A stretch of DNA of 64,000 nt from Callorhinchus milii. Taxonomy: Eukaryota. The first letter of the stretch is position 1. Every line of letters starts with the position of its first letter. The position numbers and the translations under genes are program-made. The DNA lies in contig NW_024704742.1 in the NCBI RefSeq assembly GCF_018977255.1, positions 126,110,001 to 126,174,000 on the forward strand. The letters are read 5' to 3'. The notes beneath the pieces were generated by a model. It did no database searches and had not been told where the DNA came from. It saw only the letters and a program-made list of their open reading frames with translations. Shown here one piece after another: positions 23,448-34,789 of this stretch.

Positions 23448-23813
23448 AGTCCTGTAGCTCAGTGGTTAGAGCATTCGCCTTGCAAGTGAGAGGACCTGGG
23501 TTCGATTCCCGGCAGGGCAAAATGTTGGGCAACTTTCCTTACACCACACACCTCTGTTTACCTAGCAGTAAGTAGGAGCCCAGTTGTTAGTCGATTGGCA
23601 GATCGCTTTTCCAGGGTAATAATTCCTTCAAAAAAAAGGTCACTTCAATCCACGACTCTTTGTGGGATACTGCTGCGCGCAATTGGCTACCATGTTTCGC
23701 CCACAAAACACATGGTCAATTAATTTTACATTATATTTTGTGAAGTGCTTTGAGACATCTCAAAAACATGATAAGGTGCTGCATCAAATTCAAGGATTAT
23801 TTTTATTATTATT
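23448..23813 (+). mobile_element. tRNA-Ala(TGC)-headed SINE, long variant, full length (SINE2-1_CM-like)
   Basis: A box TAGCTCAGTGG, B box GGTTCGATTCC, cloverleaf 23448-23520, CORE/Meta-like TTGGGCAA..CCTCTGTTTACCTAGCAGTA, Deu-type body, ATT tail. Confidence 0.93.
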
Positions 23814-24267
23814 AATGATCAATATTCAAAATTCCTTACACACACTGCCATTCCCAAGGACACCTGGGAAAGAGCTGTGGGCACCTAATTTGTTCAGAAA
23901 GCAGGAGTTACGTTAATAAGAGGAAAATAATCTCAACTGAGGAAAGGGAGGATGAGAGGTATAGTGAAACTAGCCAAACAGCTGTTGATGTCTGTTGGTC
24001 ACTCAGTTGCAGCCCCAGAAGATAAAGTGTTCTTTGAGGTGGTGGATTCTGCTATTTCTATTCTAGATGACCTGGGATTCAGATGTAGTTTTCAGATTCC
24101 CAATTTCAACCCAGCTCTCAAACAGGCCCTAAAGTAGATTTAGAACAATTTAGAGAGGCTGCACATGTTCACCCCCAAAACTTGCATTAACTTTGGCTAA
24201 ATCAACATATAAATAGATACTTGCTAAGTAACAATAATAATAATTGAATTTGATATCAGAAGGTCAC

Positions 24268-24625
24268 AAGATTAGTTCAGATAAGAAAGGCCCTTCAGCC
24301 AATCTGATCTCACCCCTCCAGAAATTACCTGTCCTGAAATTGTCCTTTGCAACTCTAACTTATATTCTCTTGTTCTCTGTGTTCTCTTCCTAAAGTAATG
24401 TTCTGGGTTTACTTTCATAATCTCATTTTAAATCTTATATATCTCTATGGAAGTGAATGGCCATTTTTTTTAATCTGAGGGAATGTTGGCCAGGACACCC
24501 GGATAGACTATCAATGGACATGGAGAAAAGATAAATGGAATTAAAGATTTGCCATGTATCTTATCTACTGATGGAGCTGGCTCAACAGGCTGAATGTTCT
24601 ATTCCTGTTTCTGTGTTCCTATGAA
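24268..24625. mobile_element. Two degenerate CR1 3'-end fragments (-, 24268-24450; +, 24510-24625)
   Basis: AAAGGCCCTTCAGCCAATCTGATCTCA resembles 63345-63375; GGCTGAATGTTCTATTCCTGTTTCTGTGTTCCTATG tail. Confidence 0.55.
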
Positions 24626-25003
24626 TCTGGCAGCTGTTTGAAGGGCTAAATGGGATATTCAATACATAAAATAAATGTCTGTGATGGCACATTCAGAAGA
24701 GTATTCTTATCTGTGTTCACCATGCACTTGGGAATGGAAGAGTAAAATAATTAACCCATCCACGAGGCATTGGCAAGCAGTCCTGCCCCGTGAGGGTAAG
24801 ATTGTAATAACATGAATAAGGCATCATAAATATAGAATAAGCCAAAAATGCAATGTTTCGGGTATGTTGGGCATTGAAAACTATTAGAGTGCTTTTCTGA
24901 AGTGAAAGTAATATATAATAATATCCTGTATATTTGAAAGTGAATTGGAGGAACTATATTCGACAATTAAACTTTACTTTTTTTATACCTGATTTGTGAA
25001 TAT

Positions 25004-25295
25004 CTGGGGAGAAAAGTTTATTTTGTTGATGAAGCATTTTAGAGAGTCCATAATTTGACAAATTCTTAAACACAGCCTCCATTTTGAAGCTGGTTTTCTG
25101 TAACAAAAAATGTTACAACCCGCAGAAAAACAAAATTCATCCCAAAATATAGTCAATTCACTCTGTGAAGCGCTTTCAGACATCTAGAATATCTGATAAG
25201 GGGCTATTTCAAATGCAAGCATTACTATTATTAAAGTCTGGACAACTCTAAAATGCCACATAAATAAGTGTAGTTCCAGGTGGAATTTCTCCCAG
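25004..25295. mobile_element. Fold-back MITE-like element with terminal inverted repeats, interrupted by a SINE tail (~25135-25232)
   Basis: CTGGGGAGAAA ... TTTCTCCCAG; inner arms GCATTTTAGAG..GTCCA / TGGAC..CTCTAAAATGC. Confidence 0.75.
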
Positions 25296-25969
25296 TTAAT
25301 GCAATATTGCGTATGGAAAGTGAACTAAACAGTCCACTGCACTGCATTGTTGGTGCTCACCTCAATCATTGACTACAAAATTCACCGCAACATGACATCA
25401 TCTTAAACAGTCAAATAAATTGACAGCAATCAAATGGACTCTGCATCTTCTTACACCAACATCAGTCCCAGACTTTAATGTAATGAACAAAGTACTAAAC
25501 TTAAAAGACTGAAAAACCTGTTCAAGCCATTGTATCAATGACTGTATCTTCGAGTATCTGTTACATTTCATTCCGCATTGTGTGTGTGATACAAGATATC
25601 AACAGCTGGGTGTTTTCAATATGTGCCTGCTCATCCTTAGTGTGGCACAACAACAAAATAACAGACGGTTAGGGGATGAATTACAAATGCTCTGTGTCAC
25701 AATGAATAGTTTGTATTTGTGGGAAGGCTGACAGAAGAGCATTGCCTTGATATCAGAAGCATAGCATCTCACCAGGTAACTGTTGTTCGAGATCTAAAAT
25801 TATGGAATGAAATCCATAAATGTTGACAGAAACTGAACTCATAAATCCTTCATCATAAAATTATTCATACCATTATCTGTTTTGGCAAAGCTGGCAACAC
25901 AAAAAGGTTTCAGGTAGAAATGGCACAGGTATTATCAACATTGGTAACATTAGTCACTCAAACCCAGCA

Positions 25970-26060
25970 CCACACGTCCAAATCCCTGACTGTCGAATGC
26001 TTTGGGATGTCCTCCCAACACAAAAGAAGCTATACAAATGTAATTTGTTGTTCTTGTTGT
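25970..26060 (+). mobile_element. L2 3' tail
   Basis: GTCCAAATCCCTGACTGTC...TTGGGATGTCCTCCC...GCTATACAAATGTAATTTGTTG. Confidence 0.85.
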
Positions 26061-26234
26061 GGTAGATTGCGCTTAAGCAGTGAACACCAAACAAAAGAAA
26101 GCATCAAAAGCTAGATTCGGAGTTGGTGTTGGGCCAGATTGTGCAAGTCTAGTACTCAAACTCTATGAAGGAGACTTAGCTGCTCTCCTAACTTATCTAT
26201 AGTAACCGTGCATGTCAACTGGTGCTATCTTGAG

Positions 26235-26400
26235 TTAAAAGAAACACTGGATATACCTCTCTGCTCCTGTCCTGGCATCCAATTGCTGGCATAGTTTCAC
26301 ATAGGCACTGGTCGTCCTTGCCCAAATCACCATTGTTCATGTGTGAGCCACACCACCAAGATCTTTTTGCCGACTGGTGGAATTTCACTCTGCCACTGCA
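26235..26400 (-). repeat. Probable 3' part of family Y ancient repeat
   Basis: Minus strand GGCTCACACATGAACAATGGTGATTTGGGCAAGG resembles a shark interspersed repeat as I recall it; not verified. Confidence 0.35.
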
Positions 26401-26557
26401 GTATCTTTCTCTTCCATAATTTGCAACATCCAGTTATGAATCATGTTTCAAACCCATATTTTTATGGCTAGGTATTTTGGAATACCTTTAGATTTATAAT
26501 TGGCTCACTCCAGTGCATGGAATTGAAAACAATATGCCTATTAATATTCCTTGGTCT

Positions 26558-26980
26558 TGTTCAGCTGAGGTGGTAACACGGACCTCTGAGTCAGACGGTT
26601 GTTGGTTCAAGTTCCACATTGGGACTTCTATATTCTAGCTGATACTGTGGTTCATTGCCTGAGGAGTGTTGCATTGTCGGAGATGTCCTTCGGATGAAAC
26701 GTTAAGGTCCTCTCTGCCTATTAAGTTGAATGTTAAAGACCCCATGGAACTATTTGAAAATAGAAGGGAGCTTCTCCCAGTGTCCTGGCTAAGAATTCCC
26801 CAGATAAAATTAATCATTCACTTCATGTCTGTTTATGAAACATTGCTGTGAGCAAATTATCTGCTGCATTCACCACAAATATGGTCACTATACAGTACTT
26901 TATAGAAAAAATTCTGCAAAGCACTTTGAGATGTTTCAACAATATGATAAGGGCTATATCAAATGCAATAATTATTATTA
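26558..26980 (+). mobile_element. Old Deu-domain SINE, full length
   Basis: CCTCTGAGTCAGA..GGTTCAAG head; TTCGGATGAAACGTTAA..TTAAAGACCCCATGG core; GCTATATCAAATGCAATAATTATT tail. Confidence 0.92.
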
Positions 26981-27002
26981 AGTCTAATTTTATACCATTC
27001 CT

Positions 27003-27535
27003 TGTATAGTAAGACACTAGTGTCCGCAAAGCCAATTATCTGCATATTTGTTTATCTGCATGTGGGGATATGAGATACCAGCAGAAAAAAAGTTGGGGCA
27101 AATTTGCAGAAGAAATTATATAATTAGGTAAAAACACAGCTCGAAAACTAATTTGCTATGTATGATCTTTGTGTCCCTTGTAAGCAGTTATGAGTGCATA
27201 CAACATCAGATATGTGCACAGCTTGATTTGTTTGTTGTCGTGCAAACATTTTTATACACTTACTGTTATACAGAGTGATAGAGAAAGATATAGACTTAGT
27301 TATAGGGAAAGAGAAAGACATAAAGAGCAAGAAAGAAAGAGGCAGAGAAAAAGTGTCAAAGAGAGATAGAAGGGTTGGCAAGGTTGGCATCATAGTAACA
27401 TGACTCCTGACAGATCAATTAATTTTTAGGTCGCATGATAATCAATTTGTATTCTGTATGATGTCCAATTATCCACCCTGCTTGCTTATCCACAGTGGAG
27501 CAAGTCTCAATTAGTGCAGATAATCTGTATAATTA
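27003..27535. mobile_element. Possible Tigger/pogo-type non-autonomous element remnant
   Basis: Repeated CCAATTATC(T/C) / TTATCTGCA subterminal motifs at 27032-27060 and 27465-27495; inverted TGCAGATAAT at ~27515. Confidence 0.4.
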
Positions 27536-28969
27536 CATAACACATTGTTTCCACCTATTCATTGTATTTTAGTTTTCAGTCAAACCAGTTTTCGATTCTA
27601 AAATAGCTGTATTTTGAAATGGTTCTTGAATCCCATTAGGTTCCCCAGTTTTTGTAAAAGAAGTAAATGTAACCAGTTTACATATAGTTCTGGTATCTGC
27701 ATCATTTGTGCAGGTTAGAAGCAATAAATGGAGTGAAAAATGCCACATGTCCTCTCATAACATTGGTTCTATTTATCATATCTATTAAAAGTGCAATCAA
27801 ACCAGCTTGATAAAGAGCCAGAAGTGAAATTTCTGCTCCCCCCNACCACTCTTGATTTTTGAGAATGGTTAGATCCGAAAACATCTGGAAGATTTCAGTG
27901 ACCATTTTTATTGCTGTTTGTGGAGCCTGGCATTCGAGAGCTTCTTCCCAGGACACCAGTTTAATATTCATATGATTTCCCATAATTAGCAGTTAAAATA
28001 CCACCACAAGTCTACTCCACCAAGGTCAACAGCTTTACCAACCAGTGGAATGTCAGCCTGGCACTGCAGTCCCTTGCTCTACCATAATTAGCATACTACT
28101 GTATTATTCAAGATTCAAAGAAGCAGTGAAGTATTAAGTGTATAGCTGCCATGGTGGTTCCAAATAAATAAGTTCCATGCAGTATTAGGTAGCGTTCAGG
28201 CACAATTTAAGTGTATATTCTTTCCACTTGACTCTTTGATGCCCTTACAGAATTCTGTTCAGGCATATAAGTACACTTTATTTTTTGTGTATATAAATAA
28301 AATGAGTTCCTTGTTTTTCTATTTATTTCCCCCACTTTAGGTTCACCAGCATCACTGTTCCTGGCTGGAAAAAGTGATCAAATCACCAAGAATTTTCAAC
28401 CAACTCTTAATGCTCAAGTATTCTTACTATTATAATTTTTGCTATGTGTTATTGATAATAATAAGTTACAAAATGAGTGTAAAAAAGCATTTTAATGCTC
28501 CTCAAATCACCAGCACACATGGGGTTAATTGGCCCAATGAAATAATTCAATCAAACTTCTAATAAGTTAAATAAAAATCAGGAATTAATAAAACTGTTAA
28601 AAGCCACAACCTCTAAATGTGGACAGTGGTACAAGACACATCAGATCTTGAGTAATGAAATCCAGCAATCTGAAATATCTCCTAGCTGGGAAGGGAAATC
28701 TCTGTCTATAATGATACATCAGGCATCTAGTCCTTGCCTTTCTCTGACCTTGCACTGTGGAAAGAGTAACCAATCATATTTTGTGGCAGAGCGCCATTAC
28801 TTACTGCCACTGCTAATGCATTACTTGGCAAACTCATAATGACCCCAACCTCCTGATAGGTCAAATGTTCGCTCTCCAGTCCTAATTTTTGTTAATTATC
28901 TAACAAATGAACCAACTGATTTTTTGGGGGGCACTGAGTATAGAGCAATACTGTTTGGATGTCACTGGT

Positions 28970-29320
28970 GTTGACAAGGGAACATGAGGATGTACGGAAA
29001 GCGGAAATGGACATCTTCCCACTCACCATCTAAACTTTTGCTATCAATGGCTCAAGTCATCTTACTTAATCTCCCTGAGAAGGTAACCGGCCATAGTTAC
29101 AGCTTGAAGCTAAAGCTCTTTGAAATTTCTTTCTTGCTCACAAAGGCGATCAAGTGGAGCTGCAGGCCATCAACCTAACCTTACAATCTACATTATTCAA
29201 CCTTGATCATTTGCTTTCCATAGCTGACATTTCAAATGTTTCAGCAGCACAGGAACTACTGTGCTCCATAGAGTGGTTGCTCATCTACATCTATGCTTTC
29301 CATTATAACCTTCAATCTGA
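28970..29320 (-). mobile_element. Very degenerate CR1 fragment
   Basis: CCATCTAAACTTTTG, CCTTACAATCTACAT..CAACCTTGATC, TTCTCAAGCAAAT patterns antisense to CR1 ORF2. Confidence 0.4.
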
Positions 29321-29369
29321 TTCTCAAGCAAATATTAATCCAGCTTTTTCAAAGCAGTTAATTCTTATA

Positions 29370-29485
29370 ATATTTGCCTACAAAATACACGGTCACGATA
29401 GATACCGATAAATTCCGTGAAGCACTTTGAGACATCCTCCTGATTTGAAAGACCCAACATCAGTTGCAAGGATTATTATTTTATT
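29370..29485 (+). mobile_element. SINE 3' end
   Basis: TTTGCCTACAAAATACACGGTCAC...GTGAAGCACTTTGAGACATCCTCC...TGCAAGGATTATTATT. Confidence 0.8.
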
Positions 29486-29999
29486 AAATGATTTTCCTGT
29501 AAAGGCATTTCTAGTTTCTTACTGTTCCGTTTTAAAAAAGTTTACTTTTCCATGTAAAAGTACTTCCATTTCTTTGTCCTATTTAAGGTTTGTTAACTTG
29601 ACTGTTGTGTACTTCCAGTGATACATTCACAGCCATGAATTAAATCAGCTGTTTACATTCACATTATTCACACCTTTCAATATACCAAAAACTTATAATT
29701 GTCTTCCATCGCTATCTTGTTTTCAGTACCTGTGAGATCATTTTCATGAGGAGGGAGCCCTCAGTTTCAGAATCATCATTGATGCTGTGTTTTAATCTCT
29801 CTCCATTGCATCAATGTATTTTTGTATGTTCCAAAAATTCAACACAATATTTTATATATGGCAATACCCATCAGTATTGCAATGTTATTCTGTGACCTTC
29901 TGCAACTTTCTGTTACCCAAATTCACCAGTGATCCCCCTGCTAAACAAATACCCACCTGCTTTATATATCCCCCCCTCACCCCCCGCCCCCAACCCCCT

Positions 30000-30255
30000 C
30001 CACCCTTCCCCTCACTCCACTCCATCATCAACCGCTGAGCTATCAATCACTCTGCCCTGCTCTTTGGAACTCCTTCCCAGAGCCCTCTGCCTTGTCCATC
30101 TCCACCTTCAAGACTCGTGTTAAGACTTAGCTCTTTTTGCACATTTTCAGCCATCTTTCCCTTTCTCTCCTCAGCTCCCCCCTCCCCCAGCTTGCAATCC
30201 CAATCAGTTGTGTGAAGTGCTTTTAGGCATCCTCCTAATATAACTTGTTGTTATT
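30000..30255 (+). mobile_element. Degenerate L2 3' fragment
   Basis: CTCTTTGGAACTCCTTCCC...CCTTCAAGAC...GTGAAGTGCTTT..TTGTTGTT. Confidence 0.7.
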
Positions 30256-30924
30256 GTCTCTATAATCTGATTTGATTGATATTCAAATGTTTTTGAAATG
30301 CATCCCTATCTTAGTTTTTGTAATATTATTACTAGGCTTTGTTTGGAGGTATTAGCAAGTCAAGTACTTCCTTCATATCACCTCCCAATTTCTTCTGTTC
30401 CAAATTAGCCAGCATCTCTATCTCATAATTGTGTTTGGATAGAATTAATTTTATGTGAAAGGAATAGATTTATTGGACCAAATTATGTTTCTTTTGTTCC
30501 TTATTTCTTATCTGTGAAGATACAAAAGAAGTGATACATGAATTGTCCATCTAAGCCATGCAATTTGCTCACTTTTTTGGCTTCTTGGCACTTCCCATTT
30601 GTGAGTTTTTCTTCTGTCCTTTATTTAACAATTTGTATTTCTATGGGACTCTGCTGTAAGCAATATTTAGTATGCGTGTTCCATTCTTCATCCTTTGATA
30701 AGCCTCTACGTAGCATTATTACGCTCGCAAGTGATGAACTAGGAGTTTTCAATTGAACAAACGGAAATAAAAGCCATGTCATTTATCAACTATGAAGGCA
30801 GATGAGCAATCGAAAGACAGCTCATTATTTTCAAAATGCCTGCATCAACATTTTTGAACAAAAGGATGAATTAATTGTTCATTGCCACCAATTTGGGACA
30901 GAACAATATTTAGAGCTCTTTCTG

Positions 30925-31320
30925 CTTTTTGTTTTGGTCAGCTGAGTTTCTGACAAATGCAAAAATGCATCACCGTGCTTAAGAGTATCCAAACCAGACT
31001 GAATGTTCCATCTATGTAGGGCGCAGAAGTAATTCCCTGTGTCTGGACTGGAAAGCACGCTCTCTCTTTCTCTCTCTGGAGGGATGCACCCTGCTTATCT
31101 AAATGCCAGAAGGCCAGATGACAAAAGCCAAGGTTTCGAAACCTCAGAGTGTGTGTTAGGGGATTGCTAGAGTTTAACTATCTGAAAGCTTGTCAGTGAG
31201 AGCACTGTTTGGCAAGTTTCCTGTTGTTTGCCCAGCTAGGATCATCCAACCAGTTAGGGCTTTGGCTTGCAAGGTTAACAGGAGCTGAGTGGAAAGAATC
31301 CCTTCCCCAGTGATTCATTT
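30925..31320 (-). repeat. Family X repeat copy, truncated at right; L2 tail follows at 31322-31380
   Basis: TTTTGGTCAGCTGAGTTTCTGACA...GCTTAAGAGTATCCAAACCAGACTGA...TAGGGCTTTGGCTTGCA..TTAACAGGAGCTGA. Confidence 0.88.
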
Positions 31321-32014
31321 CTAGCGCCTTGGGATGTCCTCCCGACGTGAAAAGCGCTATACAAATGTAATCTTGTTGTTCTATACGTTATTGATTTGTT
31401 TGAAGCTTGGTATTTTAACATCACAGATTCTATTTTATGTGCTGCTGTTAATTCCATCTGGAACTCCATCGCTTCAGCTTTGGGCATTGAGTCCTATTGG
31501 ATTCTGTTCCCTTGGATACTGTTGATCACATCTACCACAATACCATAGTGTAATATTCTATATATATTATTAAATAAACTACTTTCATTAAGTACACATT
31601 GTGTCTTGTTAAGCCTCTGACCTTTGTAAGGTAAGCCAGGGATAATTAGGGCCTTACATCAGCAGTTAAGTCATTTTAAGAATTAGAGCCTTTGATCTTT
31701 ACCCTTTGGAATCATTTTAATGTTGAATAATGCAGCCAATATTGTTATATTCAAAAATAATTAACTCTAGACATCATAAAATCATGGAATGTCACAGAAC
31801 AGAAGCATATCATTTGGCTCATCAAGTCTGTGTTGACCTTAAAGAAATCTTTTGAAGTAAATCACAAGATGAGTTTGTTTTGACATATATTTTCAATAAA
31901 GATATTTCTGCAGCATTGAGGAAACCTAGCTGTCATTTTGCTTTCCAATACTTTCTTATTTATGTTACTGACTGCTTCTATTCCAGCAGTCTAGGTCTTG
32001 TATAATGTAATCAT

Positions 32015-32272
32015 GATAATTATAATCCTTATACGTGGTAAAGCACCTTTCACAACATCCCAAAGGCGTGCACAGCTCTGTAAGTGTAATGACTGTTTAT
32101 TTTATGGATGAACACGGCAGCCAATTGCACACAGCAATGTCCCATAATCGGTCATATAGTGAATGGTTTTTTTTATTTGACAAATTGTTGGCCAGGATAC
32201 CAGAAGAAATTCACATCTCTTTCCAGATAGTGCCATGGGATCTTTAACATCCATCTGAACAGGAAGATAGGC
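32015..32272 (-). mobile_element. Old Deu-domain SINE 3' part
   Basis: GGCAGCCAATTGCACACAGCAATGTCCC...AGTGCCATGGGATCTTTAACATCCATCTGAACAGG. Confidence 0.88.
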
Positions 32273-32943
32273 AGGTAAATATTATGATATTTCTTAACAA
32301 ATTCCAAATGACAATTATCACATTGAATCAGTTGTGGAATCTATTAAGCAGTATCACAGGCAGAGCTGTGTGAATCCCTCTTTTTTTTTGTTTGTTAACA
32401 TAAATAGTAAACTCTCCGTATCATTCAAATCCAGTACATTTGAAGAGGACAATTGGTTAAAATCCTTGACATAAGAAGCTTCAGCTCTGTTAGGATTATG
32501 TGGTCTGTAGGTATGTGTTATTCTTTTCCCTTTAATGCCCCTTTCATGTTTGTACAATTGTTCAATGAACCTTGAAAATTGAGTGCTCAGAATTGTGACA
32601 TGTAACCTGCATTCAAAGACCTTTAATGCAAATTAATGTGCTTGGATCCTGCCTGTTATTTTTCATTAAGGATATCAGAATTGTTAATGTGCGCAAATGA
32701 TCTATTATTATTGTTCCACATGCTCGCTACTTTTGTTAGACTGAGATGAAGTGAGCAGTTATTAATTTGACATTCACAAGAATTTTTCCTTTGTGTATAT
32801 CTCTTTTCTTGCTGGATTATATTCTACAGATTTCTGTTCTTTAATACAGATTTTGAGAGAGGATTGATATTTTTTCTTTGCACAGTATTTTTTTCCAAAA
32901 ATAATCGCTATTTTAAAAATAGTGCCATGTGATGAATACGCAG

Positions 32944-33170
32944 AACAATACAATTTATATTTATGCAGCATCTTTCACATCAGGAAGATGTCTCAAAACG
33001 GTCATACAACTGATTGTGAGCCTGACCTGAGGGGAGAAGGGAAGGACTGTCAAGGAGTAAGTCTTGAGATGGGTTTTGAAGGGGGACTGAGAGAGGACAA
33101 GATAGAGGGGCTCCAGTATGGAGCTCTAAGCAGAAGGGCAGAATGACCAAAAACTTGCCCACTGATGGTT
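32944..33170 (-). mobile_element. L2 3' fragment
   Basis: AACAATACAATTTATATTT..CTTTCACATCAGGAAGATGTC tail; purine-rich antisense ORF2 end. Confidence 0.75.
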
Positions 33171-33372
33171 TATTATTATCAATAATAATAATAATAATAA
33201 TATTTGAAGGGTTTCGTAACTCACATTGATAATTAACAATCCCATAATAGTTCCCGTTGACCTGGGGAACTGTGTATACACACTAAGATATAAGTGTATT
33301 CTTCTATGATGGCATCAATATGTTAACAAAGGTCTGAAACATTGTCACGTTCACTCAGTCCGACTCACTGAC

Positions 33373-33503
33373 CTTATAGTATCAAGTGTGGATTCCTGGT
33401 ATGAGGAGGAAGATCCAATTCTGAGTGGATCCAATTGAATCTTGTTTGATTCATTCGAAACATTCTGATGTGAATTGCAAATGGTCTCCAGAGACAGACC
33501 AGT
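33373..33503 (-). CDS. Candidate exon (131 nt, or 135 nt with the alternative donor at 33369): TGLSLETICNSHQNVSNESNKIQLDPLRIGSSSSYQESTLDTI
   Basis: Acceptor gatttgtttctgcag; overlapping donors AAG|gtcagt and TCA|gtgagt; open in phase 0. Confidence 0.35.
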
Positions 33504-33952
33504 CTGCAGAAACAAATCACTCATGTAAAAAAANTCTAAAATCACTTTTGATCTTTTCCAATAATGCTTGTTTCAAATGAAGTTCAAGCTACTGCTAACC
33601 CCTGGGTGTGCGAATTACAATTAATTTTTCACATAGTTTCCATGCAGCGTGATCCCTGAAATGCCAGTACATTAAGCAGACATATTGGCCACTGTGCAGG
33701 ACGTACCATTTTCAGTCCAGACAGTACACAAAACACAATATTTGCTATATGGCTAAAGTGACACAAGTTAAGGCAGAATTATTGGAAATGATCATGTTTG
33801 TGTTCACCATCACTTAAAGGTACAACTGTTTTTGCTCCCAAATTGTGTCTGGAATCATTCAAAAGACTCAAATCTAGGAGAGACACTTCCACGTGACGCA
33901 GTCCTCTCCCTTGAATGCACTGCCACTTGTGTGATCCAGTTCTAGAGGCACC

Positions 33953-33972
33953 AGAAGCCCTCTAGTGGCCAG
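33953..33972 (-). promoter_or_regulatory. CTCF core motif
   Basis: Minus strand TGGCCACTAGAGGGC; E-box CACGTGAC ~60 bp away. Confidence 0.55.
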
Positions 33973-34036
33973 TCTTCAACTAGTAACCTGGACTGTGACT
34001 ATCAATATATAAAATAATAATAAAAAATCTGAAAAA

Positions 34037-34222
34037 TGTGGTCACTCAATCTACTACTGTTTGTGGGACACTGCTGTGCGCAATTGGCTGCCACGTTTCA
34101 CCCACAAAACATACAGTGAATTCACTTTAGAGTATATTCTGTATAATGCTTTGAGATGTCTCGAAGTTGTGATAAGGCGCTATATCAAATGCAAGGATTA
34201 TTATTATTTTTATTATTATTAT
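34037..34222 (+). mobile_element. SINE 3' half (young tRNA-Ala family)
   Basis: GGTCACTCAATCTAC..TGTTTGTGGGACACTGCTGTGCGCAATTGGCTGCC...GGCGCTATATCAAATGCAAGGATTATT. Confidence 0.92.
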
Positions 34223-34224
34223 CA

Positions 34225-34490
34225 GTATTCCCGATCATTACTCTCAACCCAGATCTTGTTGTCACGTAATGTCGACACATCAACTTTTCAAATGGTGTCA
34301 CTGGCAAATCATCAAGTGCAGGATGCCTGACTGAATTTTCACCTCCCTAGTTTGAATGGGTTCAGGGCAATTATAGTTTTCCAACTGTTGCTCCACTCAA
34401 TCTAAGATAAGCTAACTCAGCACGTACGAACAATCCAAGCTGCAATCTTTTGCTCTGTATGATTTCATGCTACATTGTTTATTAATGGCT
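34225..34490 (-). mobile_element. Family Y ancient SINE-like repeat
   Basis: Minus strand CATACAGAGC..GTGCTGAGTTAGCTTATCT...CTAGGGAGGTGAAAATTCAG; head shared with 20770-20885. Confidence 0.5.
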
Positions 34491-34634
34491 GTGCTGATAA
34501 CCTGCATTATTGCCACAAAACAACACTGAAGGAACAAATGCCCAAACCACCCATTAAAATAAGTAGTTTGGGCATGAAAATTTTTATTTATAAATAATAA
34601 CCCTTTAATATATTTAATATAGAGCCTATTATGT

Positions 34635-34667
<33 letters not shown>

Positions 34668-34785
34668 CCTTGCATTTGATATAGCGCTTTTCACGTCGAG
34701 AGGACGTCCCAAAGCGCTTCACAGAATAGACTGTAAAGTGAATTGACTGTATATTTGTGGGCGAACGCAGCAGCCAATTGCGCTG
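34635..34785 (-). mobile_element. Young SINE 3' part with (AAT)n tail
   Basis: Near-identical to 62969-63110. Confidence 0.95.
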
Positions 34786-34789
34786 TCTA

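Noticed and set aside
23448..23520. Genuine tRNA-Ala gene (also 40566, 51370-51444, 63228-63300)
   Set aside because: Each continues directly into a SINE body and tail, has a mismatched first pair, and has no adjacent oligo-T terminator.
33250..33520. Resemblance of LQTGLSLETICNSH...PGQR to the N-terminus of Sola-like transposon proteins
   Set aside because: Too few matching residues, needs frame changes, and the splice signals give a simpler explanation.
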